Notes under the pieces: model-generated
The model's input: the letters and a program-made list of their open reading frames with translations, nothing else
The model's database searches: none
Told to the model about the DNA's origin: nothing
Part shown: one piece after another, positions 46,022-55,053 of the stretch
How positions within the stretch are numbered: the stretch's first letter is position 1
Layout of the letters: every line of letters begins with the position of its first letter
Source: a virus
Virus record (IMG/VR): IMGVR_UViG_3300009181_007093
DNA length: 64,000 bases
Strand: one strand, 5' to 3'
Position numbers and translations under genes: made by a program

Positions 46022-48109
46022 TTAATTTTCTTCCTCAGCTAAATCTCCACGAGCAAATATACTACCAACAAAGTCCAAAACATCGGTAGCAGACCTTTCG
46101 TTGTATCCATACTGTTTGATCAGTCTGGTTTTGATAGCATCTATTTTTTCTTGAATATCTTTATCTACAACAGTTGCTCCACTCACATTAAGAGCGGATA
46201 GCTTTATGGTGTCCTTAACATCTTCAAAAAGTTTTGCTTCTAAAGCTTTTCTTAATTTTGGGTTTGAATCCCATCTAAATTGCTTTTGTTTGTGTGCTAA
46301 ATCACCAATAAATGCAGCCATCTGGCGACGAAAATCTTCTGCACCTGTTTCGGGTATTTGAATCTTTTCCTCAATCTGACGCATTAATCTCTCGTCAGGT
46401 TTTCTGTCCTGACCTGTTATTGGGTCTTTGATCCTAGACTTATTAATATAAGCCATCACGTTGTCAATATAATTGGTGCACAATCTGATAATTGCATCTT
46501 CGTCACCAACAAGTGCTTTTTGAACCTCAGCCTTAAGAATTTCTGTTAACTTCTTCAGTGCTAAATCCACGCAAGTAATGTATCTACCGACTTGTTCTTT
46601 ATTCGTTAGAAGAGAAGAATTTTCCAATCCATCTCTTAGCTCATTTAGAACCATAAACATATTCACATATTCATGATTGTTTGCTAAACAATTAGATATT
46701 TTGTCTTGTAAGTATCTCACACTAACTCCGCCCGCCATTCCTTCATCTGGATACTTGTCTTTCATTTCTTTAACAGCATCTTCTGTCCATCCCGGCAGAA
46801 GCCGTCCATCATAAAGCTCGGCTTTTTCTATTAAAGAAAGCTTCCCATCTTTATCATCTAGCATTCGAGTAAGTACAGAAAAAAGAGCAGCTATTTCTAG
46901 TGTATGAGGTGCTATATGTTGCTTTACCTTATTTGGACCATAGTCCTTCTCTAGTATCTTCACTTCTTCCGACCACTTTAAAGTGTATGGAACATCAATT
47001 TTTGTTGTTCGATCACGGAATGCTTCCATATACTGATTGCTCTTTAGCTTCTGAAATTCTGGATCATTTGTATGGCTAAAAATTGCTTCATCGATACTAA
47101 CCTGTGCGAATTTCTTTGGCTTAATACTTTGTTCTTGACTCGCTCCTAAAAGGTCATACAAGAATGCTGTGTCTAACTTCAATACTTCTATAAATTCTAT
47201 TAGCCCTCGATTACCAGCCATAAATTCGCCATCAAAAGAAAATGCTCGAGGATCTGAGTCAGAACCAAAGTTGCCAATTTGCCTAAAATTAATATCTCCT
47301 GTTAGCTCAGTGCTGTCCTGATTCTTTTCATCCTTTGGTTGGAATGTTGCAATTCCACAGCGATCAGCCTCGCTATAAACTTTTCTAATTACACGAATAT
47401 GATTAACTAAAACTTTTTCTAGATCTCCTTCATACTTTTTAAGCAATGATCCCATGAACTTTTTGCATAAAGGATCTAATTCATCATTACACTTTAAAGT
47501 ATAAGAATCAGTTCTTCTGTTTTCTGGTAGCGTTTCCTCAAATATTCTGTTTAACTCTGCCATAAAAACTTTTCTAATTTCTAACGGCAAAAGCTTTAAT
47601 GGTTGTTCATGCATAGGACATGCACATTCTGTGTCGGTGTAAATACCATCAGGTCCTGTTGGCAAATTAACCCACTTGAATGAATACCAAGCTCCATCAT
47701 CGGTTTGCGAGAATCGCTCAAGACCCCTTTTAAGAAGTCGGCAGATTGTGGACTTGGAGCTTCCAACAGGACCGTGTAGAAGCAAAATACGACGCTCAGC
47801 ACCGTATCCTCCAGCAGCTCCTTTTATAAACTTTACAAGTGCATCTTTCATCGGAATCAAACCAACAATTGGTAGTTCCGCATCATCAAAAAAATTATAA
47901 TGTACATAAGTTTTTCTGTATTCTTCAACAGTAGAACTTCCTTTTTCCATTATCATTTCATAAATGTTTTGCCAAGAATTTCTAGCAAGATATGGCTTTT
48001 GTTTTACTAGTTCCAGATATTCAATAAAACTCATTTCTGAGTTTAAAGATTTAAACACATCTTTGTTAAAAATACTTAGTAGTTTTTCTAAGGTGTTTTG
48101 TTCAGTCAT
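46022..48109 (-). CDS. prkA: PrkA/YeaG family AAA+ ATPase / serine protein kinase
   Basis: LLHGPVGSSKST, CPMHEQPL, GSDSDPRAFSFDGE, NRGLIEFIE, PHTLE; start moved to ATG 48109. Confidence 0.95.
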   Translation of the reverse strand: MTEQNTLEKLLSIFNKDVFKSLNSEMSFIEYLELVKQKPYLARNSWQNIYEMIMEKGSSTVEEYRKTYVHYNFFDDAELPIVGLIPMKDALVKFIKGAAGGYGAERRILLLHGPVGSSKSTICRLLKRGLERFSQTDDGAWYSFKWVNLPTGPDGIYTDTECACPMHEQPLKLLPLEIRKVFMAELNRIFEETLPENRRTDSYTLKCNDELDPLCKKFMGSLLKKYEGDLEKVLVNHIRVIRKVYSEADRCGIATFQPKDEKNQDSTELTGDINFRQIGNFGSDSDPRAFSFDGEFMAGNRGLIEFIEVLKLDTAFLYDLLGASQEQSIKPKKFAQVSIDEAIFSHTNDPEFQKLKSNQYMEAFRDRTTKIDVPYTLKWSEEVKILEKDYGPNKVKQHIAPHTLEIAALFSVLTRMLDDKDGKLSLIEKAELYDGRLLPGWTEDAVKEMKDKYPDEGMAGGVSVRYLQDKISNCLANNHEYVNMFMVLNELRDGLENSSLLTNKEQVGRYITCVDLALKKLTEILKAEVQKALVGDEDAIIRLCTNYIDNVMAYINKSRIKDPITGQDRKPDERLMRQIEEKIQIPETGAEDFRRQMAAFIGDLAHKQKQFRWDSNPKLRKALEAKLFEDVKDTIKLSALNVSGATVVDKDIQEKIDAIKTRLIKQYGYNERSATDVLDFVGSIFARGDLAEEEN

Positions 48110-48230
48110 GATATTTTTCCCATTTTGAATTAGTACTAAAATTTCTGGTGTGATAAACGCATCATACAAAAACAAATTGACTCGATCAAGCCACGAAATT
48201 AATATAGTGAACTACTAACAATTTTAGAAT

Positions 48231-48566
48231 TTAGTTTGTCCAAGAACTATTTTTATTAATATCATTTATTTTATTATAAGGATCTTTTGTTTTTTGTGCG
48301 ATTTCTGCGGACTTCCTTTGTTTTATCACGGAAGGAAGATTATGTTTGAATCTATAATCATGTCCACCAGATTCACTTGTCCAGCGACCTGTACCTTCAG
48401 GATTAGTAAATTGAAATCCTGAAGAAGATACTAATTTGCATTTTTTATGTGACCCACAATGTGGGCATTCAACCTTAGGATATTTATCCTTTTCATTTAA
48501 GGAAACTAGTTCCTCATATGTTTTATTGCATTTTTTGTTTTTACATTGAAATTCATATAGAGGAAT
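48231..48566 (-). CDS. FmdB-family zinc-ribbon protein, apparent ATT start
   Basis: Not in ORF track. (ATT)PLYEFQCKNKKC...ECPHCGS...KLVS, 111 aa. In-frame TAA at 48582..48584 leaves no ATG/GTG/TTG; SD AGGTG lies 4 nt upstream. Confidence 0.8.
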   Translation of the reverse strand: MPLYEFQCKNKKCNKTYEELVSLNEKDKYPKVECPHCGSHKKCKLVSSSGFQFTNPEGTGRWTSESGGHDYRFKHNLPSVIKQRKSAEIAQKTKDPYNKINDINKNSSWTN

Positions 48567-48624
48567 AATACACCTGCCTTTTTAAGAAATATTGTGCGAA
48601 AACAAAAAACTTGTTTCCAAAACC

Positions 48625-48936
48625 TTATTCTTCTTTTTCAAACTTAATTAATTCTTTTAATTTGTTAAAAGTCTTATCGATATAATCTAATCTAGTATGA
48701 ACTGTATGAAATTTCCACCAAAAAGAATTTTTTAATATTTGAATAGATTCTCTAAGTAGAATATGATTTTTTCTTTGCTCCATATGTTCAAGCTTAGCTT
48801 CAAATAAAGTTAATTCTTGTTCTAAAATATCTCTATATTCATCAGGAGTAATAGTGTTTTCTGATTCTGGCGGTTCATGATCATAAAAATTACCTTCGGA
48901 ACCTGAATCCTCCTCATCAAAATTAAATCTTTTCAT
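48625..48936 (-). CDS. Hypothetical protein
   Basis: Overlaps upstream gene by ATGA. Confidence 0.6.
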   Translation of the reverse strand: MKRFNFDEEDSGSEGNFYDHEPPESENTITPDEYRDILEQELTLFEAKLEHMEQRKNHILLRESIQILKNSFWWKFHTVHTRLDYIDKTFNKLKELIKFEKEE

Positions 48937-49514
48937 AATTTTCCTGTCGATATTGTTTGAAACAAACTAATACTTTCTTTCCAAATATCCGCCATCCGTA
49001 CTTCATTAGAATTCATTCCATTGTGAAAAAAACGTTTTGAAAAAGATGACACAAGTGGACAATTCATATTATCTATCCACTCGGATGTAACAAAATTACC
49101 AAAACCATTTAAATAAGAAGAAAAAACACACATTGTATCTTCTTTAGCTTCGCATAAAAAATTAGTTTGAACTAAAAAATGTCTATCATTTAATATATTC
49201 TGATCTTGTTTCGCCTCTTCAAAGTCTCTTATTGCTATAACTTCTGGCGATGTAATTAACAAAGGCACATCTTTAATGCCTGATAAGTTGCCAATATCAT
49301 ATTCCCCATTATACATTTTAAAAGGAACATTAAACTTTTTTGTCCAAAGAAATAAACTTCCTGTTACGTTTCTTCTTCTGCATAATACAAAAACCTTAGC
49401 TTCTGGAAGGTTTTTAAAAATAGAGTAATAACATAAATATGACATCCAATTGTGACCAAAACTATGGTCACAAGATATTAATATATTTAATCCTTTGCCT
49501 AAACTAGAAATCAT
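48933..49514 (-). CDS. Hypothetical protein
   Basis: 193 aa ORF in operon. Confidence 0.6.
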   Translation of the reverse strand: MISSLGKGLNILISCDHSFGHNWMSYLCYYSIFKNLPEAKVFVLCRRRNVTGSLFLWTKKFNVPFKMYNGEYDIGNLSGIKDVPLLITSPEVIAIRDFEEAKQDQNILNDRHFLVQTNFLCEAKEDTMCVFSSYLNGFGNFVTSEWIDNMNCPLVSSFSKRFFHNGMNSNEVRMADIWKESISLFQTISTGKL

Positions 49515-49572
49515 ACTATAAACTAGTTAAGAACTGCGAAATGTTGCATCCTATCCATTTCACACTGTGAAA

Positions 49573-49884
49573 TTAGACAATTTGTTGCTTGATTGGTTGC
49601 TTCTTTGCCTGTGTTCGCATAAAGGTGTCCACATCTTTTTGTATGGTGATTGGATCAGGCTTTAATCCAGATAATGCTCGGGCAGCATTTTGAAATTTTG
49701 GATCCTTTAATACGGCTCTTGCAACATTACTAGCATTTGGCTTCTCACCAGCACCAGCCAATGCTCCTGCTATAGATCCTTGCTTTTGTAAATTGAAGTT
49801 TACATATGAATCTTCTTTTATATATCTACATTCAAGCCATTTTAAAAAAGTAATCAAATTTAACTCCTTTGTCTGTGCTTCCAC
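49573..49884 (-). CDS. Hypothetical protein with TFLKWLE motif
   Basis: CTATATAG upstream at 49898..49905. Confidence 0.6.
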   Translation of the reverse strand: MEAQTKELNLITFLKWLECRYIKEDSYVNFNLQKQGSIAGALAGAGEKPNASNVARAVLKDPKFQNAARALSGLKPDPITIQKDVDTFMRTQAKKQPIKQQIV

Positions 49885-49919
49885 TCATGAAGCTATACTA
49901 TATAGCTTAATTAATAATA

Positions 49920-51158
49920 TTAATAATTTTTTAATAAAAATGATTTGAAAGATTCCGCTTTTGGTTCTTCTTCAGACTTTACTTCCATTGTTTTTTTATC
50001 AATATATTCAATAAACATGCGGGTGGTTTCTAGTATTATTTCTTCATTTTCTCTTATGTTATCAGGATCTATTTTCCATAATGTCATATACACTATGGAA
50101 TGTGCATTCGGGAGTCCGTAATGACCCAAAACAAAATAATTTACTCCTTCCGCTTGCAATTCGAGTATTTCTTTAGCCAGTCCAGTTCTTTTTTCTGCTG
50201 TGTGTAAAATTTCATGAGTCAATTCATGAATCATTGTGCTTATGTTTTCTTGCAATAATTGAATGGATCCTTTTCTACTAACTCCCCTAGCTCCATCTAA
50301 ACCTTTTGCACTGACTGAGACTTCTATGTTTTTTTCTTTTGCAAAATCAAGCAAGGCATCATAAATGTATCTTGTTGACTCGTCAGGAGTTTCTTCATCA
50401 TACCACTTAGGAGTTGGAACATACATATGTTCTTTTCCTACTATGGGTACTGTGTCTAAAATGTCATAGATATTTCCCAATGTAAATCCGGCAAGTTTGG
50501 TTTCATCTGCGTTAGTATCTCTTATAGGAGCGTCTTCTTCTCCATTTTTTGCTTTATACGTAATTGGGACATATATCTTAATAGCTGTTGAACCAAGCTT
50601 AAGCATTCTACCAAATTTTTCTTTCCATGTGTTTTTACCTTCGACATGTGTTGCGTTTGGTTTTTGAATCCAAATCAACATTTGATTATTAAAAGATCTA
50701 TGTGTGAATTTTTTTCTAAAATTAAGAAATTGGTTGATTTCTTCCGAGCCTCGACTTTCTAGAATTTTTTTCTTTAGATCTTGAAATCTTTCTTTGAGTT
50801 TTTCTGACACTCCTAAATCCGCATGCTCTTCCACATCAGGTTCTTCTGGCGATGGTGGATTAAAATTTTTATTTAATTGATTTAATTTTTGCCTTATTTG
50901 TGGCAAAGCAACTATTAATTCTTCTGGTTCGTATTGTTGAACAGAAACCCACTTGCTTATTTCTTTGTCCCATCTAAATCCTAGGGACTTAATTTTTTGT
51001 TTATTTTTATAGGTTTCATACCCAGCGGCAGATTTGTCAGCTAGATCACTATCAACAACAAACACAAGTTTTCTATCTTGAGTATACCTTTTTTTAATAA
51101 CCAAGTTTTCTTGAAGCTCTTGTTGCCTCATCTTAACAAACTCATTAAATTTTTTCAT
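49920..51158 (-). CDS. ArdC-like ssDNA-binding domain plus zincin metalloprotease-domain protein
   Basis: RSFNNQMLIWIQKPNATHVEG...WKEKFGR...G..AIKIYVP; IHELTHEILH...ELQAEG; start MKKFNEFV at 51158. Confidence 0.8.
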   Translation of the reverse strand: MKKFNEFVKMRQQELQENLVIKKRYTQDRKLVFVVDSDLADKSAAGYETYKNKQKIKSLGFRWDKEISKWVSVQQYEPEELIVALPQIRQKLNQLNKNFNPPSPEEPDVEEHADLGVSEKLKERFQDLKKKILESRGSEEINQFLNFRKKFTHRSFNNQMLIWIQKPNATHVEGKNTWKEKFGRMLKLGSTAIKIYVPITYKAKNGEEDAPIRDTNADETKLAGFTLGNIYDILDTVPIVGKEHMYVPTPKWYDEETPDESTRYIYDALLDFAKEKNIEVSVSAKGLDGARGVSRKGSIQLLQENISTMIHELTHEILHTAEKRTGLAKEILELQAEGVNYFVLGHYGLPNAHSIVYMTLWKIDPDNIRENEEIILETTRMFIEYIDKKTMEVKSEEEPKAESFKSFLLKNY

Positions 51159-51250
51159 TTTTTCTCTTCTTATAATGTACAAGCAAGTTTGGAATTATGC
51201 ATTTTCTGAATAATTGCATAAATATATAGTTATTAAGAGGAATTTGTTTT

Positions 51251-51490
51251 ATGAAATTTATAGACTGGATAAGACTGAAAGAAGAGGCGGAATCCGCTCC
51301 TGTGGCGGCGGCAACAGCAGCTCAGACTACTCCTGCTCCCTCTGTGAATTTAAGCAGCACAATCACCAGCGATATAGCAAAATTCCCTCAAAGAATGTTT
51401 AGCAAACAAGTACAAACATCTGATAATTGCAGAAATTGCTCTAAAGATTGGAAAAACTGGCACTATACTAAAAAGAAGAAAAATAAATGA
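51251..51490 (+). CDS. Small hypothetical protein with capsid-targeting-like N-terminus
   Basis: MKFIDWIRLKEE; SD GAGG; ATAAATATATA upstream; related to 57846..58019. Confidence 0.65.
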   Translation: MKFIDWIRLKEEAESAPVAAATAAQTTPAPSVNLSSTITSDIAKFPQRMFSKQVQTSDNCRNCSKDWKNWHYTKKKKNK

Positions 51491-51822
51491 GCAAAGTTGA
51501 CTTTTTTCTAGTAAAAAAGTTGAAGAAGCAGGAATTGAATTCTCTTGAAAAAAAAGCTAATTAACAAAAGAATAAAAAAGCTATCAGATAAAAAGTGCTA
51601 TTTTTGCAGTTGTGATGTTTACGAACTTCTTGACATACACAGCTCCTACAAAACAATAATTCATATAATTTTCCTTTGTTGAAATTTAATTCAATATATC
51701 TATCATGTAGGTATAGTTTTACTTATGTGATATCATGTCAAGACGCAAAAAATTAATCAATAAAATTACCAAGAAGAGTTGGTTGCACTGCCGATAATAA
51801 ACAATTTTAGCCATTCATTGTT

Positions 51823-52839
51823 TCAATATTGTTTCAATATTTTTTCAATATTCTTCAATTCATTCCAAGCCTTTTGTCTAATAGGACGCCATATTTTACC
51901 ATAGCCAGCATTTTCATAATATTGTTTAAAAAACAAAAAGCGATTGTATTTGCGTTCAAGACTGAAATTTGCCCCTTGGTAAATATAATTCATAAATAAC
52001 ATAGCGTTTCTTTTATTGAATGACACTTTCCAAATATTCCTGTTGAATCTCAAATAACTTTTTGCACCAAACTCATCTAAACAAACTTCTTGTAATTTTT
52101 TTGCAAAATCATAAGAAGCACAAATCGTTACACACGGATAGACATAATATTTATGAGAATTTTGTATGCAGCCATCGCCATCAAAATACCCTCGTAAGAA
52201 ATGCCTCAATAAACAAACTTTAATGTTCGGAAATTTAACTATTTTAGTTTTTCTTGGAACGCACCCAAGAGTGACAAGTTGGTTAGCCAAAATAACATTC
52301 GTGATACATAACGACACTTGGTCGCCACAATCAGTTCGGGGGACCAATTTTACTGAATAATCAGTAACAAGACATTTTTTAATGTAATCTAATATAGCCC
52401 TGTCATTTTCTTTAATTTGCACTCTAAATCCAGTCAATTTACCTTTGCTGTCGTACACGCATCCATCGGCAAAAATGAAACCTAATGAATACGCCTTGTC
52501 TTGAGTATCTATTTGTTGAAAAAAAGTTTCATCAATATCAATAGTTGTTCTCTTGCGTAACTTAATGCCACCTAATTGCAATGCTTTTTTAACTCTGGGT
52601 CTATTAGACTTAATGACATCAGAAATTTGCTTTAATGTAAAATTTTGATTATAAAGAAGAACCACCTTATTTATCTCATCTTGTTGCAACACAAGTTTTT
52701 CTTTATTTGACTTTGGCACTTTAAGGTTGTGTGCAACACAAATACGACGAATTACAGACCTGTCACAACCGCACTTTTTTGCAATTTTAGTTAAACTTGT
52801 GCCAGATTTTAACCAAATACAAATTTGTTCAATATCCAC
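51823..52839 (-). CDS. Free-standing LAGLIDADG homing endonuclease with N-terminal HTH
   Basis: KAYSLGFIFADG, HFLRGYFDGDG, LERK; SD AGGAG. Confidence 0.92.
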   Translation of the reverse strand: MDIEQICIWLKSGTSLTKIAKKCGCDRSVIRRICVAHNLKVPKSNKEKLVLQQDEINKVVLLYNQNFTLKQISDVIKSNRPRVKKALQLGGIKLRKRTTIDIDETFFQQIDTQDKAYSLGFIFADGCVYDSKGKLTGFRVQIKENDRAILDYIKKCLVTDYSVKLVPRTDCGDQVSLCITNVILANQLVTLGCVPRKTKIVKFPNIKVCLLRHFLRGYFDGDGCIQNSHKYYVYPCVTICASYDFAKKLQEVCLDEFGAKSYLRFNRNIWKVSFNKRNAMLFMNYIYQGANFSLERKYNRFLFFKQYYENAGYGKIWRPIRQKAWNELKNIEKILKQY

Positions 52840-52911
52840 AAATAACTCCTATTAGACATCTCTAAGTATTATTGTAAGTATAGATAGTGGCAATGAGTAA
52901 ATTATTTTGAA

Positions 52912-53193
52912 TTATTTCCATAATTCCTTTTTATTTTCCCAAAAATGTAATATCCATCCTCGTCGATTAGTAGACATATATTTTCTATCAATTATAATTT
53001 GATGGTCATGTATTTTGTTGTGACAATTAGAACAAACAACAAGTGTGTTGAAATCACTATAAATTCCATTTGATTCACCAGCTATAATCCGATGACAGTG
53101 AAGACAGGCATAATCATCCATACCACAAAAGAAACAACCCCCAGACAACATTTTTGTTGCCTTCTTGTTTATTAACATTCTTTTTCTAGCCAT
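52912..53193 (-). CDS. Small HNH endonuclease
   Basis: CFFC...HCHRII...NTLVVCSNCHNKIH; SD AAGGAG. Confidence 0.85.
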   Translation of the reverse strand: MARKRMLINKKATKMLSGGCFFCGMDDYACLHCHRIIAGESNGIYSDFNTLVVCSNCHNKIHDHQIIIDRKYMSTNRRGWILHFWENKKELWK

Positions 53194-53208
53194 AGTAAAA
53201 ATCTCCTT

Positions 53209-53288
53209 TGCAATACGTCACCAACGTATTATGCCCAGTCCCCTTTAGGGGTTTCTTGTGGAAGGCATATAAACGGTTGGGTTTTGCA
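53209..53288 (-). ncRNA. Candidate structured RNA / 5' leader upstream of the HNH gene
   Basis: Nested complementary segments tgcaa/ttgca, ccaac/gttgg, tatgcc/ggcata, cccc/gggg. Confidence 0.45.
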
Positions 53289-53326
53289 CTATATTGATGA
53301 AAATGGTTTAGAACACTATGATTGAA

Positions 53327-53902
53327 CTAACCGATATTTTTTTTCTTGAACAAACTATTGCGGTGCTGTTTTATTAATGCACAAGCTTCTGGAGTCCAGC
53401 TTCTTGTTCTAACATGTCCTTTGAAAACATATTGGTCCATCTCTGCTTGACCAAATCTTATGGCTTTATCATTTGGAGAAAAAGACCTATAAATCATATG
53501 TTCAAATGATTTTAACATATCTCGCATTGAAGTGGGACTCATTACATAATATAAATTCATTCTAGGCACTAAAATACAAGCACCTTGATTGATATAATCC
53601 TGTAAAAGAAATGTTTTAAATGTAAAAGTTGTAGACCATTCTGGGATTGTCTTAATATCTACTTTATAAGTCTTTCCGTTGATTATAATTAAATTATCTG
53701 CGTTGTTATTGCATAGATTGCCTGCTATCAAGCCACCGGTATTGTCTACTCCATAATTACATATCTCTACTGACTCTCCTCTAGAGCATAAATCTGCTGC
53801 GTATATCCTTATCCAGTCCTGTTCCCTGCCTGTGAAATCCTTTATATTTTCTGAAAATATTTCTTTAGATCTGTTGTCCATTCTGTGTGTTAAGCTGCTC
53901 AT
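53327..53902 (-). CDS. Putative PD-(D/E)XK nuclease
   Basis: E...NADNLIIINGKTYKVDIKT; start moved to ATG 53902. Confidence 0.55.
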   Translation of the reverse strand: MSSLTHRMDNRSKEIFSENIKDFTGREQDWIRIYAADLCSRGESVEICNYGVDNTGGLIAGNLCNNNADNLIIINGKTYKVDIKTIPEWSTTFTFKTFLLQDYINQGACILVPRMNLYYVMSPTSMRDMLKSFEHMIYRSFSPNDKAIRFGQAEMDQYVFKGHVRTRSWTPEACALIKQHRNSLFKKKNIG

Positions 53903-53912
53903 ATTATAACCT

Positions 53913-54752
53913 TTAATAATTTGTAATAAAAAGTTCTTTTCCTTTTTTCTTAGTTTTAGATTGATTTTTAGCACTAGATGTGCCGCAATATGTCCAAGAA
54001 GCAGATTCAATATTGAAGTTGCTAAACAATTTTCGTATCACTCCTCCTTCATCATCATCATAACTAATCAATATTTTATGTTTGCACTTATAAACAGCAT
54101 CTCTAAATTTTTCATGATCCTCAAGCATAAAACCATATCTGTACAATTGTGAACTTCGAGCCAAATTTGTATTAACCAAGTACGGAGGATCAGCATATAT
54201 CCACACATCTTCTCCTGGTGTAGAAAGCAATTGTTCGTAACTGCCTACAGTAATATTAACATCTTTCAAGTGCTCTGCTGCTTTTTCTAGTTTATTGCCT
54301 TTTACAATATTCCATCCAGAAGGATTAGAAAAATACATTCTAGATGGCATGTCATAATTTGTTCTGCCTGCAAAAACTGTTTTATTTACAAATAAATACC
54401 GCAAAGCTTGATCGCACTTATCATCAAAAGACAATTTATCAAATACAGATTTTAGACGAGCGTTATAAATTTTTTTCCCACCAGGACGAGCCGAAGTAAG
54501 TTTTTCACCTTGCTTTTGAGGTTTTATTTTTTTACACATTTCTATGAATTCAGTGGGTCTATCTCTTAGTGCCAGATATACGCTCATTAAATGTGGGTCA
54601 ATATCATTAATCCATCTGCTTATTGGCTGAATAGCAAAAAATACAGATGAGCCACCACAAAATGGCTCTCGATAATCCTTTATTACACTTGGTGCTTTTG
54701 AGACTATCAATTTCGCCACTCGGCTTTTACCGCCCGGAAACCGAAATATCAT
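53913..54752 (-). CDS. DNA adenine methyltransferase (Dam/D12-like, alpha class)
   Basis: FRFPGGKS, EPFCGGSSV, INDID, YADPPY. Confidence 0.93.
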   Translation of the reverse strand: MIFRFPGGKSRVAKLIVSKAPSVIKDYREPFCGGSSVFFAIQPISRWINDIDPHLMSVYLALRDRPTEFIEMCKKIKPQKQGEKLTSARPGGKKIYNARLKSVFDKLSFDDKCDQALRYLFVNKTVFAGRTNYDMPSRMYFSNPSGWNIVKGNKLEKAAEHLKDVNITVGSYEQLLSTPGEDVWIYADPPYLVNTNLARSSQLYRYGFMLEDHEKFRDAVYKCKHKILISYDDDEGGVIRKLFSNFNIESASWTYCGTSSAKNQSKTKKKGKELFITNY

Positions 54753-54756
54753 TTTA

Positions 54757-55053
54757 TCACTGAATAATTTTTTTGTTATTTGAAGCTAAGACAATGCCAC
54801 TGCCGTATTGGCTACTGTATCCATTTTTAACATCTGCATCTGGCTCTGATATTAAAACAACATGATTTATACCAATAGTATAACTTTCATCACTACTAAG
54901 AGGCATAAGTGGAATAGATCCTATGCCTTCCGCTGTCATCATAAACCTTTGTGGTTTTTTCATTTTTATACTTTTGCCAAATAATTCATCATCAATCAAT
55001 TCAATATCTGCAACGATGTCTTCCCCTGTGACTATTTTTACTAGTTTAATCAT
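54757..55053 (-). CDS. Sm-like fold phage protein
   Basis: IKLVKIVTGEDIVADI...Y...YGSGIV, typical of a small protein family of T4-like phages. Confidence 0.6.
   Translation of the reverse strand: MIKLVKIVTGEDIVADIELIDDELFGKSIKMKKPQRFMMTAEGIGSIPLMPLSSDESYTIGINHVVLISEPDADVKNGYSSQYGSGIVLASNNKKIIQ

Noticed and set aside
51586-51664. 26-codon ORF with AAGGA SD on the - strand
   Set aside because: Too short and featureless to support without homologs.
51490-52912. Group I intron around the LAGLIDADG ORF
   Set aside because: No interrupted host gene or conserved intron core visible in the flanks; the ORF has its own SD, so it is treated as free-standing.
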